Assembly: GCA_964016885.1 (NCBI GenBank)
Contig: OZ024749.1
Coordinates: forward strand, 40,114,001 to 40,178,000
Length of the DNA stretch: 64,000 nt
Source of the DNA: Eledone cirrhosa
Lineage: Eukaryota
Direction of reading: 5' to 3'
A model generated the notes under the pieces. It made no database searches. It saw only the letters and a list, made by a program, of their open reading frames with translations, and was not told the DNA's origin. Below, piece by piece: positions 44,977-60,626 of this stretch (position 1 is its first letter; every line of letters starts with the position of its first letter). The translations under genes and the position numbers were made by a program.

Positions 44977-45180
44977 GGTGGTGGTGGTGATGTTGTATTT
45001 GTATTTGTATTTGTTGTTGTTGTTGGTGGTGGTGGTGGTGGTGATGTTGTTGTATTTGTATTTGTTGTTGTTGTTGGTGGTGGTGGTGGTGGTGGTGATG
45101 TTGTAGTTGTATTTGTTGTTGTTGGTGGTGGTGGTGGTGGTGGTGGTGGTGGTGATGATGTTGTTACAATTGTTGTTGTT
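43928..45180. repeat. (TAG)n, then alternating (GGT)n/(GTT)n compound repeat
   Basis: Visible. Confidence 0.95.
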
Positions 45181-45548
45181 CGTGTTCTTTATTCCCACTG
45201 TGTTATTGTAGAAAAATATACATACCGGATTTTGGTTATATATTTTTATAGGAATCCCTCGTGGGGAATAACACAGTTATATTATACTAATGCAGTTTCA
45301 TTGTTGATTTATATACATACACACATATATACATAGATATATATATACATATGAATACATATACATATATGCATACATACATATATACATACCTATATGA
45401 ATACATACACACTTACAAGCACACAAACATAAATACATATACATATATGCATACATATATGCATATATATATATGCATACCTACATACATATATATGCAT
45501 GTATGAATACATACATACAAGTTTACATGCATACATATATACGTACGT

Positions 45549-45618
<70 letters not shown>

Positions 45619-45852
45619 GTATACATACATGCATACATGCCTACATACATACATATATAAATGCATGTATATACACATACATGCATGCACGCATTCGTAC
45701 ATCACACACACACACATACGTACATATACATACATACATATATAGATATATACATACATATATACGTACATACATATATATATATATATATATATCTCAG
45801 CACACACACGCACACACATACACACACACACTATACACATACATAACCAAAC

Positions 45853-45940
45853 CTGGAGACAAAAGGCACATCGTTGGCAACTGTGAGAGACTGTTCTTCC
45901 ACTACAATCTCATAGGACATGATATTTTCGCCAGAACAAT
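45853..45940 (-). CDS. Candidate 88-nt internal coding exon, product unknown
   Basis: Acceptor tttttttctctctattctag, donor CAG|gtttgg, open frame CSGENIMSYEIVVEEQSLTVANDVPFVS; no homology recognised. Confidence 0.4.
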
Positions 45941-46306
45941 CTAGAATAGAGAGAAAAAAAAGATCAAAGATTATAAGGAATTGAAGACGAATAGTGTGGA
46001 ATGGGATTGACTGAGTCGTTAGAGCATCGGGTTTAATGCCTTAATATCTGTTCCAGCTCTCGGCACTCTGAGTTCTCAGTTCAAAACCTACCTCTTGTCG
46101 GTGAAAAAACGGTGACGTTACCCTGTCCCCAGCAGGGTGGCTTCTCATGGGAAGTACTTGGCTTGGAAAAAAAGCAGCCATGAACACTCTTAAATGGCAA
46201 TTGGAAAATGTTCAGGGCGTTTTGTACACTGTTGTAAGCAGCAATAATTGTTAGAAGATATATAAATATAATTCAAAATCTGAACAGAAGTAACAAGGAC
46301 AAATGT

Positions 46307-46405
<99 letters not shown>

Positions 46406-46689
46406 ATATATATATATATATCCCAGCAGGCTAGCCTCTCATGAGAAGTAATTGACCTAAAGTAAAACTATGATGAATATTCTCAAATACCAACTGAGGT
46501 CTGTTTGAGACGTTTCGTTCACTGTTGCAAGCGGAAATAGTGATTAAAAAGAAATGTTGAGACCGGTGGATCAAACGAATGTTGTTGGAATCAAAGGATC
46601 AAAACCAAACACCATCCATAATTAAATATAACCAATGTTAAATTATTGTATAAGCTAGTAAAATGTAGATATGTAGATCTCATTTGCGA

Positions 46690-46925
46690 AATAAAGCAGC
46701 CTTATTTGGTGTCAATCTAGTCAGACAAATACGAGAGAAAGAAGACATCTGTGTACCATTGATGGGGGTATCAATAAATCCATTATATAAAATACACCTT
46801 CAGTTTTATACAATTATTATTGGAGTGACAGTGTGTGTAAGAACCCATCTGGCTCAACTTGGATTCATAATAGATGAACGTATCTCCGCAATTCATACAC
46901 TACAGATAGTCGCGATATAACTGGG
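46690..46925 (+). mobile_element. Possible degenerate REL-endonuclease LINE C-terminus
   Basis: EKEDICVPL...LY...FYTIIIGVT...HLAQLG resembles the KExxY...PIIIGAxG end of REL domains. Confidence 0.35.
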
Positions 46926-47139
46926 ACATTAAATATCTACAAGACCTTCATAAAATGTTAAATGAATGATTGTCAAATGATGGACGGAAACAAAAACAAC
47001 ACCCCCTTTAAAGGAATATCTTTTATTTATAGCTTTACCAGCGAGCAAGGTCCTTTCTTTTAAAATAAACCCTAAAACTCCAATTGAGAAGAGAAAATAT
47101 ACGTAAAGAATATTACGATTTTACTCTATGAAGCTTCGA

Positions 47140-47235
47140 ACTCTCTCACTCTCTCTCTTTCTATCTGTCCCAGTTTCTCTCTATCTATCTATCTATCTGT
47201 CCCAGATTCTCTCTCTATCTATCTATCTATCTATT

Positions 47236-47317
<82 letters not shown>

Positions 47318-47700
47318 TCTCTCTTTCTATCTATCTATCTATCTGTCTGTCCCAGTTTCTCTCTATCTATCTATCTATCTGTCCCAGGTTTTCTCTCTCT
47401 ATCAATCTATCTATTTATCTCTCTCTCACTCTCTCTCTCTCTCTTTCTCTCTACCTATCTGTCCCAGGTTCTCTCTATCTATCTATCTATCTATCTGTCC
47501 CAGTTTATCTCTATCTATCTATCTATCTATCTGTCCCAGTTTCTCTCTATCTATCTATCTATCTGTCCCAGTTTCTCTCTCTATCTATCTATCTATTTAT
47601 CTCTCTCTATCTCTCTCTCACTCTCTCTCTCTTTCTATCTATCCCAGTTTCTCTCTCTCTCTCTCTCTCATTCTCTCTCTCTTTCTATCTGTCCCAATCT
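47140..47700. repeat. (CT)n/(CTAT)n minisatellite with recurring ctgtcccagtttct
   Basis: Visible. Confidence 0.9.
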
Positions 47701-47961
47701 ATCACTCACTCACTCACACTCCACTTTCCTTCCACTTCCTCGCTAGTTTCTGTTTTGTTACTGTCAAAAACTACTGCGAGAATTCCAACGAGTTTCTCGT
47801 TGATTTCAGTATAATATTCCTTCTGAAGCTGTTGGTGTTGTAAGAAGGTATTTAGTGAAGAACAATGACAAGTGTGATACACATTGAAGGGTGGCTGTTG
47901 TGTTGGAACTATAGAACACCCACATAGTAATGGATATAACATTCTACATATGTAAACATAA

Positions 47962-48044
<83 letters not shown>

Positions 48045-48094
48045 TGCACACATACATATATGTACATATGTATGCATATATGTATGCATATATG

Positions 48095-48150
<56 letters not shown>

Positions 48151-48340
48151 CATATATGTACATATGTATGCATATATTTACATACATATATATATATACA
48201 TGTATATGCATATATATATGTGTGTAAATATATATATATATATATGTACATATATGCATACATAAATATGCATATATATGTGTGTATATATATATACACA
48301 TATATATGCATATTTATGTATCAGAAAAAAAAAATATATA

Positions 48341-48422
<82 letters not shown>

Positions 48423-48639
48423 TACACACATACATATATGTACATATGTATGCATATATGTACATACATATATATATAAATATATATATATATTATATAA
48501 GATCATATATACATACATATATGTACATATGTATGCATATATTTACATATATATATATATACATGTATATGCATATATATATGTGTGTAAATATATATAT
48601 ATATATATATGTACATATTTGCATACATATATATGCATA

Positions 48640-48739
<100 letters not shown>

Positions 48740-48800
48740 TATATGTGTATATATATATATATATATATACGTTTGTCTGCACGTGTGTGTATATGTGTGC

Positions 48801-48934
<134 letters not shown>

Positions 48935-49064
48935 GCGTGTGTGTGTATATATCTGTGTGTATGTGTGTGTGAATGATATCTCTGATTTCATTCGACCTTA
49001 ACAATGCGAGGATCGTGAAAAAGGAAAACTTAGCCCTAAAAGAGGACACCATAGACTGCACAGC

Positions 49065-49194
49065 CACCGTCACCAACACCACCACACCCGACACCAACAC
49101 CAACATCAGCACTAACATCAACACCACCATCCCCAACCCCGAGACCTACACCAACACCAACACCTCCACCAACACTAACATCAACACTACCAGC

Positions 49195-49225
<31 letters not shown>

Positions 49226-49715
49226 ACACCAACACCAGCACTTCCACCAACACCAACACCAGCACTTCCACTAACAACAATAACACCACCAACACCAACA
49301 CCAACACTAACATCAACACTACCAGCACCACCAGCACCAGTACCACTGTTCCCACCAGCATCAACAACACCATCACCTCCACCAACATCAACACCACCAC
49401 CTCCACCTCCACCAACACTAACAACACCACCACCACCTCCACTAACACCAATAACACCACCAACACCAACACCAACACTAACAACACCACCACCATCACC
49501 ACCTCCACCAACACCAACACCAACACCAACACTAACAACACCACCACCACCTCCACCAACACCAACACCAGCACCAGCACTTCCACTAACACCAATAACA
49601 CCACCAACACCAACACTAACAACACCAGCACCACCACCACCACCACCACCAACACCAACACTACAAACATTAACTTCTACAACTGTTCCCACACGCAACA
49701 CTAACACCAACAATA
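49065..49715. repeat. ACC/AAC degenerate trinucleotide repeat
   Basis: Visible. Confidence 0.9.
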
Positions 49716-49952
49716 CTAAACACAACCATCTTCAGTAACTCTACGTCCCTACCTACCTGGATGTTTGATATATTGTAGTGTTATATGGGGTAGAACTGGG
49801 GGTGAATTACTGAGGGTAGTTCGGTGGTTGTGTGTTGTAGTTGGGTATTTTGACTTACTAGAAATAGCAGTGAAATTAACTCATATCACAAGCTATCGTC
49901 TTTAAAAGGGAAAGAAGAATACAAAAAAATGTAGTCTTAGATCAATGAATAT

Positions 49953-50434
49953 CAGTGGACCCTAAACTGTTTTCACCCATGAGTTGATCCCTAGGCTTTC
50001 ATATATTTCGGGATCCCCTTTTTGGCACTTCAATCTTTTACCCTACTACAGCAAAAGCAAAAGAAAAAAAATGACGGTCCCTTTTGTCGCTTCGGAGCCC
50101 CTAAGATGCAATCAAGTTAGCGTTGTGAATAATATAGCCCTTAGCAGATCCCTAGGGGTGGGTGGGATAGCAAAAGTAGGACGAGGGACCGTGAGCTGAG
50201 TTCAACATTTTAAGTACTCTGTTAAAAACATAATATATACACCCTATTGGGTATTCATTCTTCTCTATGTATAAACATTTATCTCTTTTGATTGTGATTA
50301 TCGCCGTATAAAAATCTGGGAGGTGGGGGGAGAAACTATGGTGGGGTGGGGTGGAGTGAGGTGGGGGCTAGGCTGTGGGAAAGTTCATCTATATGAAAGG
50401 GGTCCTTGTTAGTGAAAAGATTTGGGAATCACTG
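49953..50434. mobile_element. hAT-like MITE
   Basis: Imperfect TIRs cagtggaccctaaact / gatttgggaatcactg. Confidence 0.45.
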
Positions 50435-50464
50435 TCCTACATACTAGTTGGTATATATATATAT

Positions 50465-50664
50465 AGGAAAAGAGTCAGGACCCCGACGGCTGAGCTCCGG
50501 CCGTTTCGATAGCTATCTGAACGTTCAGAACTAGCTGTCGAAACGGCCGGAGCTCACCCGTCGGGGTCCTGACTCTCTCCCTATTACCCACTCTACTACC
50601 CAAAGTATCGAGTACTCTGGTGCCTTATGGTCCACCTGGTTTCTTACCACACTTCCTTCGTTTT
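50465..50664 (+). mobile_element. Family A PLE-like element (subfamily 2)
   Basis: ~56-bp inverted arm, GAAACGGC...CCGTC, tail; (TA)n flanks. Confidence 0.85.
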
Positions 50665-50974
50665 ATATATATATATATATATAACGGGATGGTCAAGACT
50701 GGAACGCCTTTGAAGATGATAGTTCCGTCGGTTGAGGGGTGGGAGCTGGATCTGGGTGTAGTAAACAGCAGCCGCTAACAGCTTTAAAACACTTCATGAA
50801 ATTAAGGGACACGGGGGAGAAGGAGGGAAGAAAGAATAACACGTATAGCATTGTTGACATTCTTTAAGGCTCACTTGACCTTATTAGTTCACTTAGGGGC
50901 TACGTTGGAGATCAGGTGGCGGGGGAGATGTGTGTGTGTACGTCTGTGGATGGGCGTGTCTGTGGTCGGGTCTT

Positions 50975-51017
<43 letters not shown>

Positions 51018-51346
51018 TAGGTGGTGATCGTTGTGTGTTTAGGGCTAGATGCTTATATATATATATGTGCGTGTGTATATGTGTATGTGTGAACATGTGT
51101 TTGTCTGAACATGTGTGTATCTGAACATGTGTGTGTGTATATGTGTATGTGTGAACATGTGTGTGTCTGAACATGTGTGTATCTGAACATGTGTGTGTGT
51201 GTGTATATGTGTATGTGTGAACATGTGTGTGTCTGAACATGTGTGTATCTGTCTGTTTCTAGTTAAGTGTTTATATGTATGGATGTATGTGTCTATAATT
51301 GTCACGAATATGTACGTGACGGGTGTCTATGTCTGTGGATGGACCT

Positions 51347-51461
<115 letters not shown>

Positions 51462-52535
51462 CGTAGATCGCGGGTCTCCTGAGAAGTCTGTAAGCAGTAA
51501 TGTTTAGTATCTCTGCAATAGACAGAATCGTTAAAACATCAAACAAAATACCTTCTGGTATTTAGCAACAGTTGACACTGTTGCAAGGACTTTCACAAAT
51601 TACCCATTTACCTGTTCTGTATGGCAGACCAAACAATCCCCCCTTGTTTAACACCCTAATCTGATCTTTAGTTGTCTTTAGTTAAGAGTCGTAGACCGAA
51701 TAAATCCCCGCCCTTATTTAAAACCAGCTTTTGGTCCTTAGGTGTCCTTGGTATGAGTAGTAGTCTAAATAAACCACACGGTTTAACACCATAGTATCGG
51801 AGCTGTTGTCTCTAAATTCGGAGGAGTAGCAGCTCTACTTGGAATGACTCTCTGATCTCCGAGCTATGTACTTTATCGAGTAACGCTACTCCAAAAATCC
51901 TTAAGAGGAACCCCATTTCGGCCGCTTGTATTCACGATTGTATTCTTTCGGTCTTTACCCAAGATTTATGACCATAGGTAAGGTTGGCATGAATACCGAA
52001 TTGACAAAGGCCCTTGCATAAAATTATGAAGGAAGGTTTATAGATAAATAGAAATACTTTAGAATAAAATACTTAGTATCGTAGTATCGTAGTATCGCAG
52101 TATCAGGGATGGTTTCGGGTGGTTTAGTATCAACTGGGTTAAGGAAAATATATATATATAGCTTCAATGATGCGCGAACGAACGAACCCAGAAGGAAGAT
52201 GAAAAGATAGAATGATAGATATATAGAATAGGAATGCGGTAGACAGTGAAACAAATAGAAACATTCTTTCAGTTTGGAATTTCGAAAACTGATGTTGGAA
52301 TGTACCAGGATAAAAGGACTTTCAAGACTAAACTGAAGAATGCAAATATGAGTGGGTTTGGTTTTTTGTTTGTTGATTGTTTTTTATTCCAAATTTGGTG
52401 AAGCTATTACTTCCATAATTACTTGTGTTCATATATGCCTATGAATGTATATATATATATATATATACATATGTGTATATATATGTGTGTATATATGTAT
52501 ATATACATATATACACGTATATAAGCATATATGCC

Positions 52536-52572
<37 letters not shown>

Positions 52573-52576
52573 ATAT

Positions 52577-52811
<235 letters not shown>

Positions 52812-53138
52812 AAACATAGATAGATAGATAGATAGATATGTTTCTTTATATATGCATAGATAGACATACATACATATTTAAATATATAAGAAATGAAAGG
52901 GAGACAGACAAAACTATAGCTTTGGGTATGTAAGTGAATACAAAAAGGAGGGGGGGGGGTATTAAGGAGGAGGGGGGGTTGTCCCCCACAGTTTTGCTAG
53001 GTTTCAATTTATAGAAAAAAACTGTTTGGTTTTGTTTACAGAAGCAAACAGATGAGATTGCTTGGCAACACTTGGGTTAAAATATGAGAGTCTCCTTCAA
53101 TTTGTCAAATTATAACATATACCACACCTATATATATG

Positions 53139-53171
<33 letters not shown>

Positions 53172-53227
53172 GTATATATTATATATATATGTAGGTACAT
53201 ATATATATATATTATACGTATATATAC

Positions 53228-53308
<81 letters not shown>

Positions 53309-53358
53309 CATTTATAAATATATGTATATATAATAGATATATATGTTTATGTATATAC

Positions 53359-53403
<45 letters not shown>

Positions 53404-53504
53404 CGTGTGTGTGTGTGTGTATACATGTGTGTGCATATGTATATTTAGATAGATATTTAGATAGATAGATAGATAGATATATAGATAGATAGATAGATAG
53501 ATAG

Positions 53505-53580
<76 letters not shown>

Positions 53581-53896
53581 TGACAGTTAGATGAATCAGT
53601 GTCTGTGTTTGTGACTGCGGCTGTCTGACTGTGTGCATATTTTTGGGGGGTGTGGTAGAAATGCTACTGAGCCAGAGTGAATGAATGATTACATTGATGC
53701 CTTGTAGTGTTTACTTACGTCCCTATAGGATTTGAGTGAGAATCTGATTTAGCCCTTCATTCCTCTAGGGACAATAAGATAATTACTGCTATTGCACTGA
53801 AGTCATTTAATTACACGCTAGCAAACTGCCACCACCTCCGTCTTACTCTAAAATTTGAACTTTGTCGCTGGAATGTATGTCTATATAAATACTTAC

Positions 53897-53954
<58 letters not shown>

Positions 53955-54198
53955 CAAATTTTAGTACAGCATTAACGAAGCTTTAGGTTGCGGCCAAGCT
54001 AACGAATGCAAATTCGGTATGTAGCTTTAGCACTCGATAGGGAATAGTACCCCAGAGTAATAACAATACGTTTAGACAGCTTTGCAAATCAAATATAGCG
54101 ATCGGCAGTCCAGCCGCATTGCCATAGCAACGAAAATGGTTGGACTGAGGAAAAGATTTTAGACTGACCTGGACATAGAGTGGAGACCGAATGCAATA

Positions 54199-54385
54199 TA
54201 TAATTGTTTCTACTTTAGGCACAAGGCCAGAAATTACCCAGTGCATTACTGGTACTTTTATTTTATCGACCCCGTAAGGATGAAAGGCAAAGTCAACCTC
54301 GGCGAGATTTGAACTCAGATCGTAAAGGGACGTAACTATGCTGGAAAGCATGGCGTCCGACCCTCTACCGATACTGCCAATCCAC
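54199..54385 (-). mobile_element. tRNA-derived SINE
   Basis: Full family copy. Confidence 0.9.
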
Positions 54386-54528
54386 TATATAATGCATATC
54401 GTATAGCATACGACATACATCACGTATAACACACAACATCCACGCTAGGTTTCTGCAAATCCAAGATCGACTAATTCCGCTTGCAGGGGTCTGCAAGTTA
54501 ATGGTCTTTGACGACACAATAATTTCAT

Positions 54529-54574
<46 letters not shown>

Positions 54575-54601
54575 GACATTATTGTGTACAGTGCTCAGGT
54601 G

Positions 54602-54644
<43 letters not shown>

Positions 54645-54684
54645 GTGATGTGAGAAAAACCACAGACCCTCCATCTCATCTCTA

Positions 54685-54720
54685 CTTTTGAAAAGCAGAA
54701 GAACTGCGAAACCGGTAAAG
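54685..54720 (+). ncRNA. Minimal U3-A8 type I HHR (family B; element about 54642-54740)
   Basis: CUU-UUGAAAA-GCAG aagaa CUGC-GAAA-CCGG-UA-AAG, identical to 1422-1457. Confidence 0.7.
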
Positions 54721-54801
54721 GAACCAAATAAAAAAAAATATATATATATATATACATTATATATATACATATATATATATTTATTATATATATATATATA
54801 T

Positions 54802-55099
<298 letters not shown>

Positions 55100-55616
55100 G
55101 AGTTTATGTTGGTTGTATACCAACACCTCAGTATGCAGGCTGGAGCACTCGACGAAGTGCGCAGGTTGGTTTGGTTACTCCGGAGTAGTGTAAAATATAT
55201 TTTATATATATATATATATATACAACACACAGACACACACGCACGCGTGCACGTGCACACAACTGATGTTAATCTATTTTTGACACATATATGTCTCTTG
55301 CATCAGATTGCAACAGTTTCCTCTGCTGCTCTCTCTCTCTCTCTCTCTCTATCTCTATCTACCTCTATCTATCTACCTATTTATGTGTGTGTGTGTGTGT
55401 ACGTCGGTGTTTGTAAACGTGTATATACATACCCCCCCCCCCCCACAAACACACACACACATATATTTCTGTATCTATCCTTTGTGATCCTCTCTCTATC
55501 TTTTGTACTCTTGAAAAAGGGCTAAAGCCCGACACGTCTCACTTTCTTTCCCCCTCTCCATATAAAACGTGAAACTAATAAAACTTGTTGTACATCTGTT
55601 TGTCATTTCCTTGAAG

Positions 55617-56048
<432 letters not shown>

Positions 56049-56473
56049 GGAGAGAGAGAGAGAGAGATTTATATATATTGAAGACCGTTTTTTGTGTATG
56101 TATGGAAACAATAACTGAATGACCACTCAATGATAAGGAAAGGGTTTATATCTATATATCTAAATACTTTCCTATATAATTTAATGCAAGAACCTCCGTT
56201 AAGTTATGTTCCAAGCCACAATTTAATAATGAGGATGTTAGTTATATTGGTAAATTGATTATTTTCAAACGTTTTTGAAAATCCTAATTCGTGTCATTTG
56301 TTAAGTATGGAAGTATGGAAGTATGGAAAATGTTAAAGTCGAAACATGTCACAGATGTCACACAATTAATCCCACACGACACCACCTTCACCACCACATA
56401 TATAGAGAGATAGGTAAAATATTGACCGCGATGACAAGCGGTTTTGAATTCTTCACAAGTAGAAACCGCTTTG

Positions 56474-56507
<34 letters not shown>

Positions 56508-56750
56508 AATACAATAAATAAATACAATATCGGAGAAAGCTTTTTAGCGATACTCCGGCCAAATTCCAACTCACTCAACAAACATTAGGAAATAAGTGAT
56601 TATATTCCCAATTATGCGTTCGGGGTGCTAACTGAAAGTATTGCGTGGAAAATTGGCTGTATTATTTCATATGAGACATATCTAATATATCTCTTACTCT
56701 TTTACCTGTTCCAGCCATCCGGCTGAGGCCATGCTGGGGCACCGCCCTTG

Positions 56751-56781
<31 letters not shown>

Positions 56782-56815
56782 GCATATATATTAATATATA
56801 TTTACACACACACAC

Positions 56816-56874
<59 letters not shown>

Positions 56875-57014
56875 TATGAAAAGTTATATTTAAAATTGTT
56901 GGGTTACAACTAGTAAATATTTATAACTGATATAAAAGCACTCGACAAATATTTGGAGTATATTTACAATATTAAATAAATGGAAACTATATTTATAAAA
57001 CCATATTTATTTCA

Positions 57015-57070
57015 TTATATATATTTCAGGGATATCATATTAACAATATGCTATTCCTTCCTCAGACAAA
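57015..57070 (-). ncRNA. Type I HHR (family J, left arm)
   Basis: CUGAGGA-AGGAAUAGCAUAU...AUAUGAUAUCCCU-GAAA-UAUA-UA. Confidence 0.7.
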
Positions 57071-57231
57071 ATACAATATAAACAGTTTTATAGATAAATA
57101 GATTCGACATACCGTAATAACATCGACTTGCATTTGAAGAGGTTGATATGGCATATCAACCTCTTCAAATGCAAGTCGATGTTATTACGGTATGTCGAAT
57201 CTATTTATCTATAAAACTGTTTATATTGTAT

Positions 57232-57287
57232 TTTGTCTGAGGAAGGCATAGCATATTGTTAATATGATATCCCTGAAATATATATAA
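57232..57287 (+). ncRNA. Type I HHR (family J, right arm)
   Basis: CUGAGGA at 57237, stem II, GAAA at 57275, palindromic AUAUAU stem III; weak stem I. Confidence 0.7.
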
Positions 57288-57801
57288 TGAAATAAATATG
57301 GTTTTATAAATATAGTTTCCATTTATTTAATATTGTATATATAAATATATATATAAAGAAATGGAAGAAAAGAATTCTATAAAAATAGAAGACTTCTCTT
57401 CCACATTCAGTTGACTGAGATTTTACTTATCTCTATACCCAGTCTGCATCTCTCCATGCATTGAGTACTCTCAAACAGAACTACAGTATGGCCTTGACCG
57501 TGGTGGCTCAAACGAAACCGAAGAACTCAATTGTGCGATATTCTACAGAGAAATTCAATTCTATTAAAGCAGTACTCTACGGTATAGGCGAAGTCATATA
57601 CAATTTAATTTCACTTATTTTGTAACATCGAAACAAAATACTGATATAATGGTTACTAGTTAAGTATTTTTTAATACTATGTTAAAATTAATCTTAAGAA
57701 TGTCAGACAGAGTACTGTGGCTATATTTGGGTTTGGGTGTGGTGGAGTTAGAGGGTGGTATGTCATTGGCAAACTTTTCTTTACATCTGTAAATATATAT
57801 A

Positions 57802-57835
<34 letters not shown>

Positions 57836-57836
57836 T

Positions 57837-57873
<37 letters not shown>

Positions 57874-57954
57874 ACTACTACTACTACTACTTCTACTACT
57901 ACAGTATCACCAACATTAGTGATAAAAGCAGCAACAACAATAGCAGCAAGAATA

Positions 57955-58320
57955 ATAATTCTTTCCAGCATTGGCACAAGGCCAGAAATTTGAAGAAGGG
58001 AAATGTCGATTATTCACCCCTAGTATTTGACTGGTACTTTTTTAAATTATCGGCCCTTGAGTGATGAAAGCCAAAGTTGGCTTCGGCAAGATTTGAACTT
58101 GGAGTGTAGACTACTGGAATAAATGCCGCAAAACATTTACTCTGAGGTTCCAGTCACTCCTGCCAAGTCCTTGTCTTTAACGGTCTCTAACTTAGACACA
58201 AGGCCAGCAATTTGGTGGGGAAAAAAAGGGAGTTAACCGGTTACCTGACTGGTCATATATTAATTATATCGACCTCGGAAGGATATAAAGAAATGTTGAC
58301 ATGGGTGGTATTTCAAATCG
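57955..58320 (-). mobile_element. Two degenerate SINE copies
   Basis: ggcacaaggccag...ctggtactt...gatttgaact motifs. Confidence 0.7.
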
Positions 58321-58422
58321 TCATCATCATCATCAACATGAATGGACCTGTTATTTTTCTCTAAAGAAATTTTTTCAAATTCTAGCCCGCCCGTCCCTTC
58401 AATTTATATTATTTCTCATTCT

Positions 58423-58458
58423 TCTTCTGGTGAAGGACTAGCATCCGAAACGTTAAGA
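58423..58458 (+). ncRNA. Degenerate minimal HHR in a PLE-like remnant ending at (TA)n near 58545
   Basis: UCUU-CUGGUGA-A-GGA cuagca UCC-GAAA-CGUU-AAGA; A6 mutated to G. Confidence 0.55.
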
Positions 58459-58543
58459 CCCTTCTTCCTGCTATTTCAAGTGTTAACCTAATATATTCCT
58501 TCCATATACTGTACCGATTGTGTTGTTATTTCTATTTACCTTT

Positions 58544-58585
<42 letters not shown>

Positions 58586-58751
58586 TAACAGATTAAAGTT
58601 TAAGCAAAGAATCACGGCTTTGGATTTTAGTCTTCAAATTTATTATTATTTCTATATATATATATATATATAGATATAAGTATTCAGTTACGTTCCTTTA
58701 TGTTCCAAGTTCAAATCGTCCCCCAACACCCACTTTGATATTTACCTTGCT

Positions 58752-58945
58752 CAGACCTGACAACCTCTAAAACCCAAACGAGGAGTACCGTGAAAAAAAG
58801 TGCCCAAAATGGAGAGAAATGAGGCAAAATGGGGAGATTTTACATAATGAAAGCTATTACCAATTTTCACAAGAGGCGACATCTCTCAGACACCCCAAAG
58901 TCTGTGAGAGATCTCCCCCGACGGATGGTAGAGTTGACAGGTCTG
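58752..58945. mobile_element. MITE with ~17-bp TIRs and a 6-bp TSD (hAT6-like)
   Basis: cttgct-cagacctgacaacctcta ... tagagttgacaggtctg-cttgct. Confidence 0.75.
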
Positions 58946-59303
58946 CTTGCTATTCATCCGTCGTAAGTAGATAAAATATACATATAACAAAATATAATAT
59001 TTCGTTTCTGAATTTGTTTAGCAAGATTCTTTATCTGAAAACGTGTGTTGAAACCGATATTGTTATACTTTGGGAGGGTCATATTGCCAATAAGAAACAC
59101 ACGCACCAGTTGCTTTCACTTCAATTTATTATAATAAATTTATAAATTTAGGAATTTATAAATTTCCTGTTGGTTGGTTGGTTGGTTCCACAACCAGATG
59201 GTTGTTTATATATTATCAAAGTTCTTTCGTCGCACATTCTGTGACCTCTTCAGTGACTGGGGATTCTTTTCTTTGTTTTTGTGCCTCTCCTTTGTTCTGT
59301 CCT

Positions 59304-59362
59304 ACGCCATCTTGTTTCTGTGTGTGTGTTGTGTGCTCAGTCTGCGCATGCGCCACATCCGG
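59304..59362 (-). promoter_or_regulatory. Promoter-like motif pair (NRF1-type and YY1-type)
   Basis: TGCGCATGCGC at ~59343-59353 and CGCCATCTT at ~59305-59313. Confidence 0.35.
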
Positions 59363-59591
59363 GTGTATAAAATATATATATAACAAATCTTCAGGCAAAG
59401 AAGCACCTTCCATGGTTTATTTTTGTACCTTTGTCTGGAGGAGGTGTTTACGGGGTTGTTTACACCAATTTTGTCATCTAAGTTCGTATTTTCATCACCT
59501 TTTGGGGGCTTTCCAGATTGCAACTGTAGATGTATGCATGAAAATGTGCATACATACACTCATACATGCATGCATACAAACATACATACAT

Positions 59592-59639
<48 letters not shown>

Positions 59640-59939
59640 ATATGACATATATATATATATTTATATATATATATAACATATATATATATAACATATGTAT
59701 ATATATATAACATATATATATTTATATATATATATAACATATATATATATATATATAACATATATATATATATATATGTGTGTGTGTGTATGTATATATA
59801 TATTCACTCCGGGGGAGAGGGATAATAACAAGAATGTTAGAAATTCTCTATTCTTTCATCACATACATTAGTTTATTATATCTGTAGATTATAATAGTAA
59901 ATTACAGCAGTAGTAGTGGTAGTAGTATTAGTAGTAGTA

Positions 59940-60023
<84 letters not shown>

Positions 60024-60384
60024 ATGGTGATGATGGTGATATATTTTCCCCAAGCTGCTGTTAATGTCGGTGTTGGTAGCGTTGTTGTTTGCTGTGGTGA
60101 CAAGTTGATGGTGGGTGTTCATAGAGGGCGTTGTTGATGTTTCCTTCTTGGTTTTTTGGGGGGGTTTTTTGTTGTTGTTTTTTTTGCTTTATTTTTTTTT
60201 CCTTTTTGTTGTTGTTTTTTTTGTTGTTGATTCTTTTTTTTTGGGGGGGGGGGCTTCGCGTTGATAAAACTTCGTATGTGGCAACTACACTGGCTGTTAC
60301 TGTTGGTGTTATTGTTGTTGCTGTTATTGTTGTTATTATTATTGTTGTTATTACTGCTGTGACTGTTATTGTTATTGCTATTAT

Positions 60385-60578
60385 TGGTAGAGCCTTGGAT
60401 ACCATGTTTTGTGGCATAGAGTTAAGACCCTTTACATCCTCAGTTCAAATTCCGCCCAGGTTAGCTTTGCCTTTCATCCTTACGGGATCGATAAAATAAA
60501 ACACCAGTAATGCACTGGGGTCGATTTAATCGACTTTCCCCTTCCCCAAATTACTGGCCTTGTGCCTATATAAGAAAC

Positions 60579-60626
<48 letters not shown>

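Larger units (their letters stand above)
56878..57337 (-). mobile_element. Family J PLE-like element: 373-bp palindrome + tail
   Basis: Arms 56965-57150 and 57152-57337, 1-nt centre; I saw one mismatch; (TA)n flanks. Confidence 0.88.

Noticed and set aside
48973-49704. Thr/Asn-rich mucin-like ORF
   Set aside because: Degenerate trinucleotide repeat with no signal peptide or convincing exon context.
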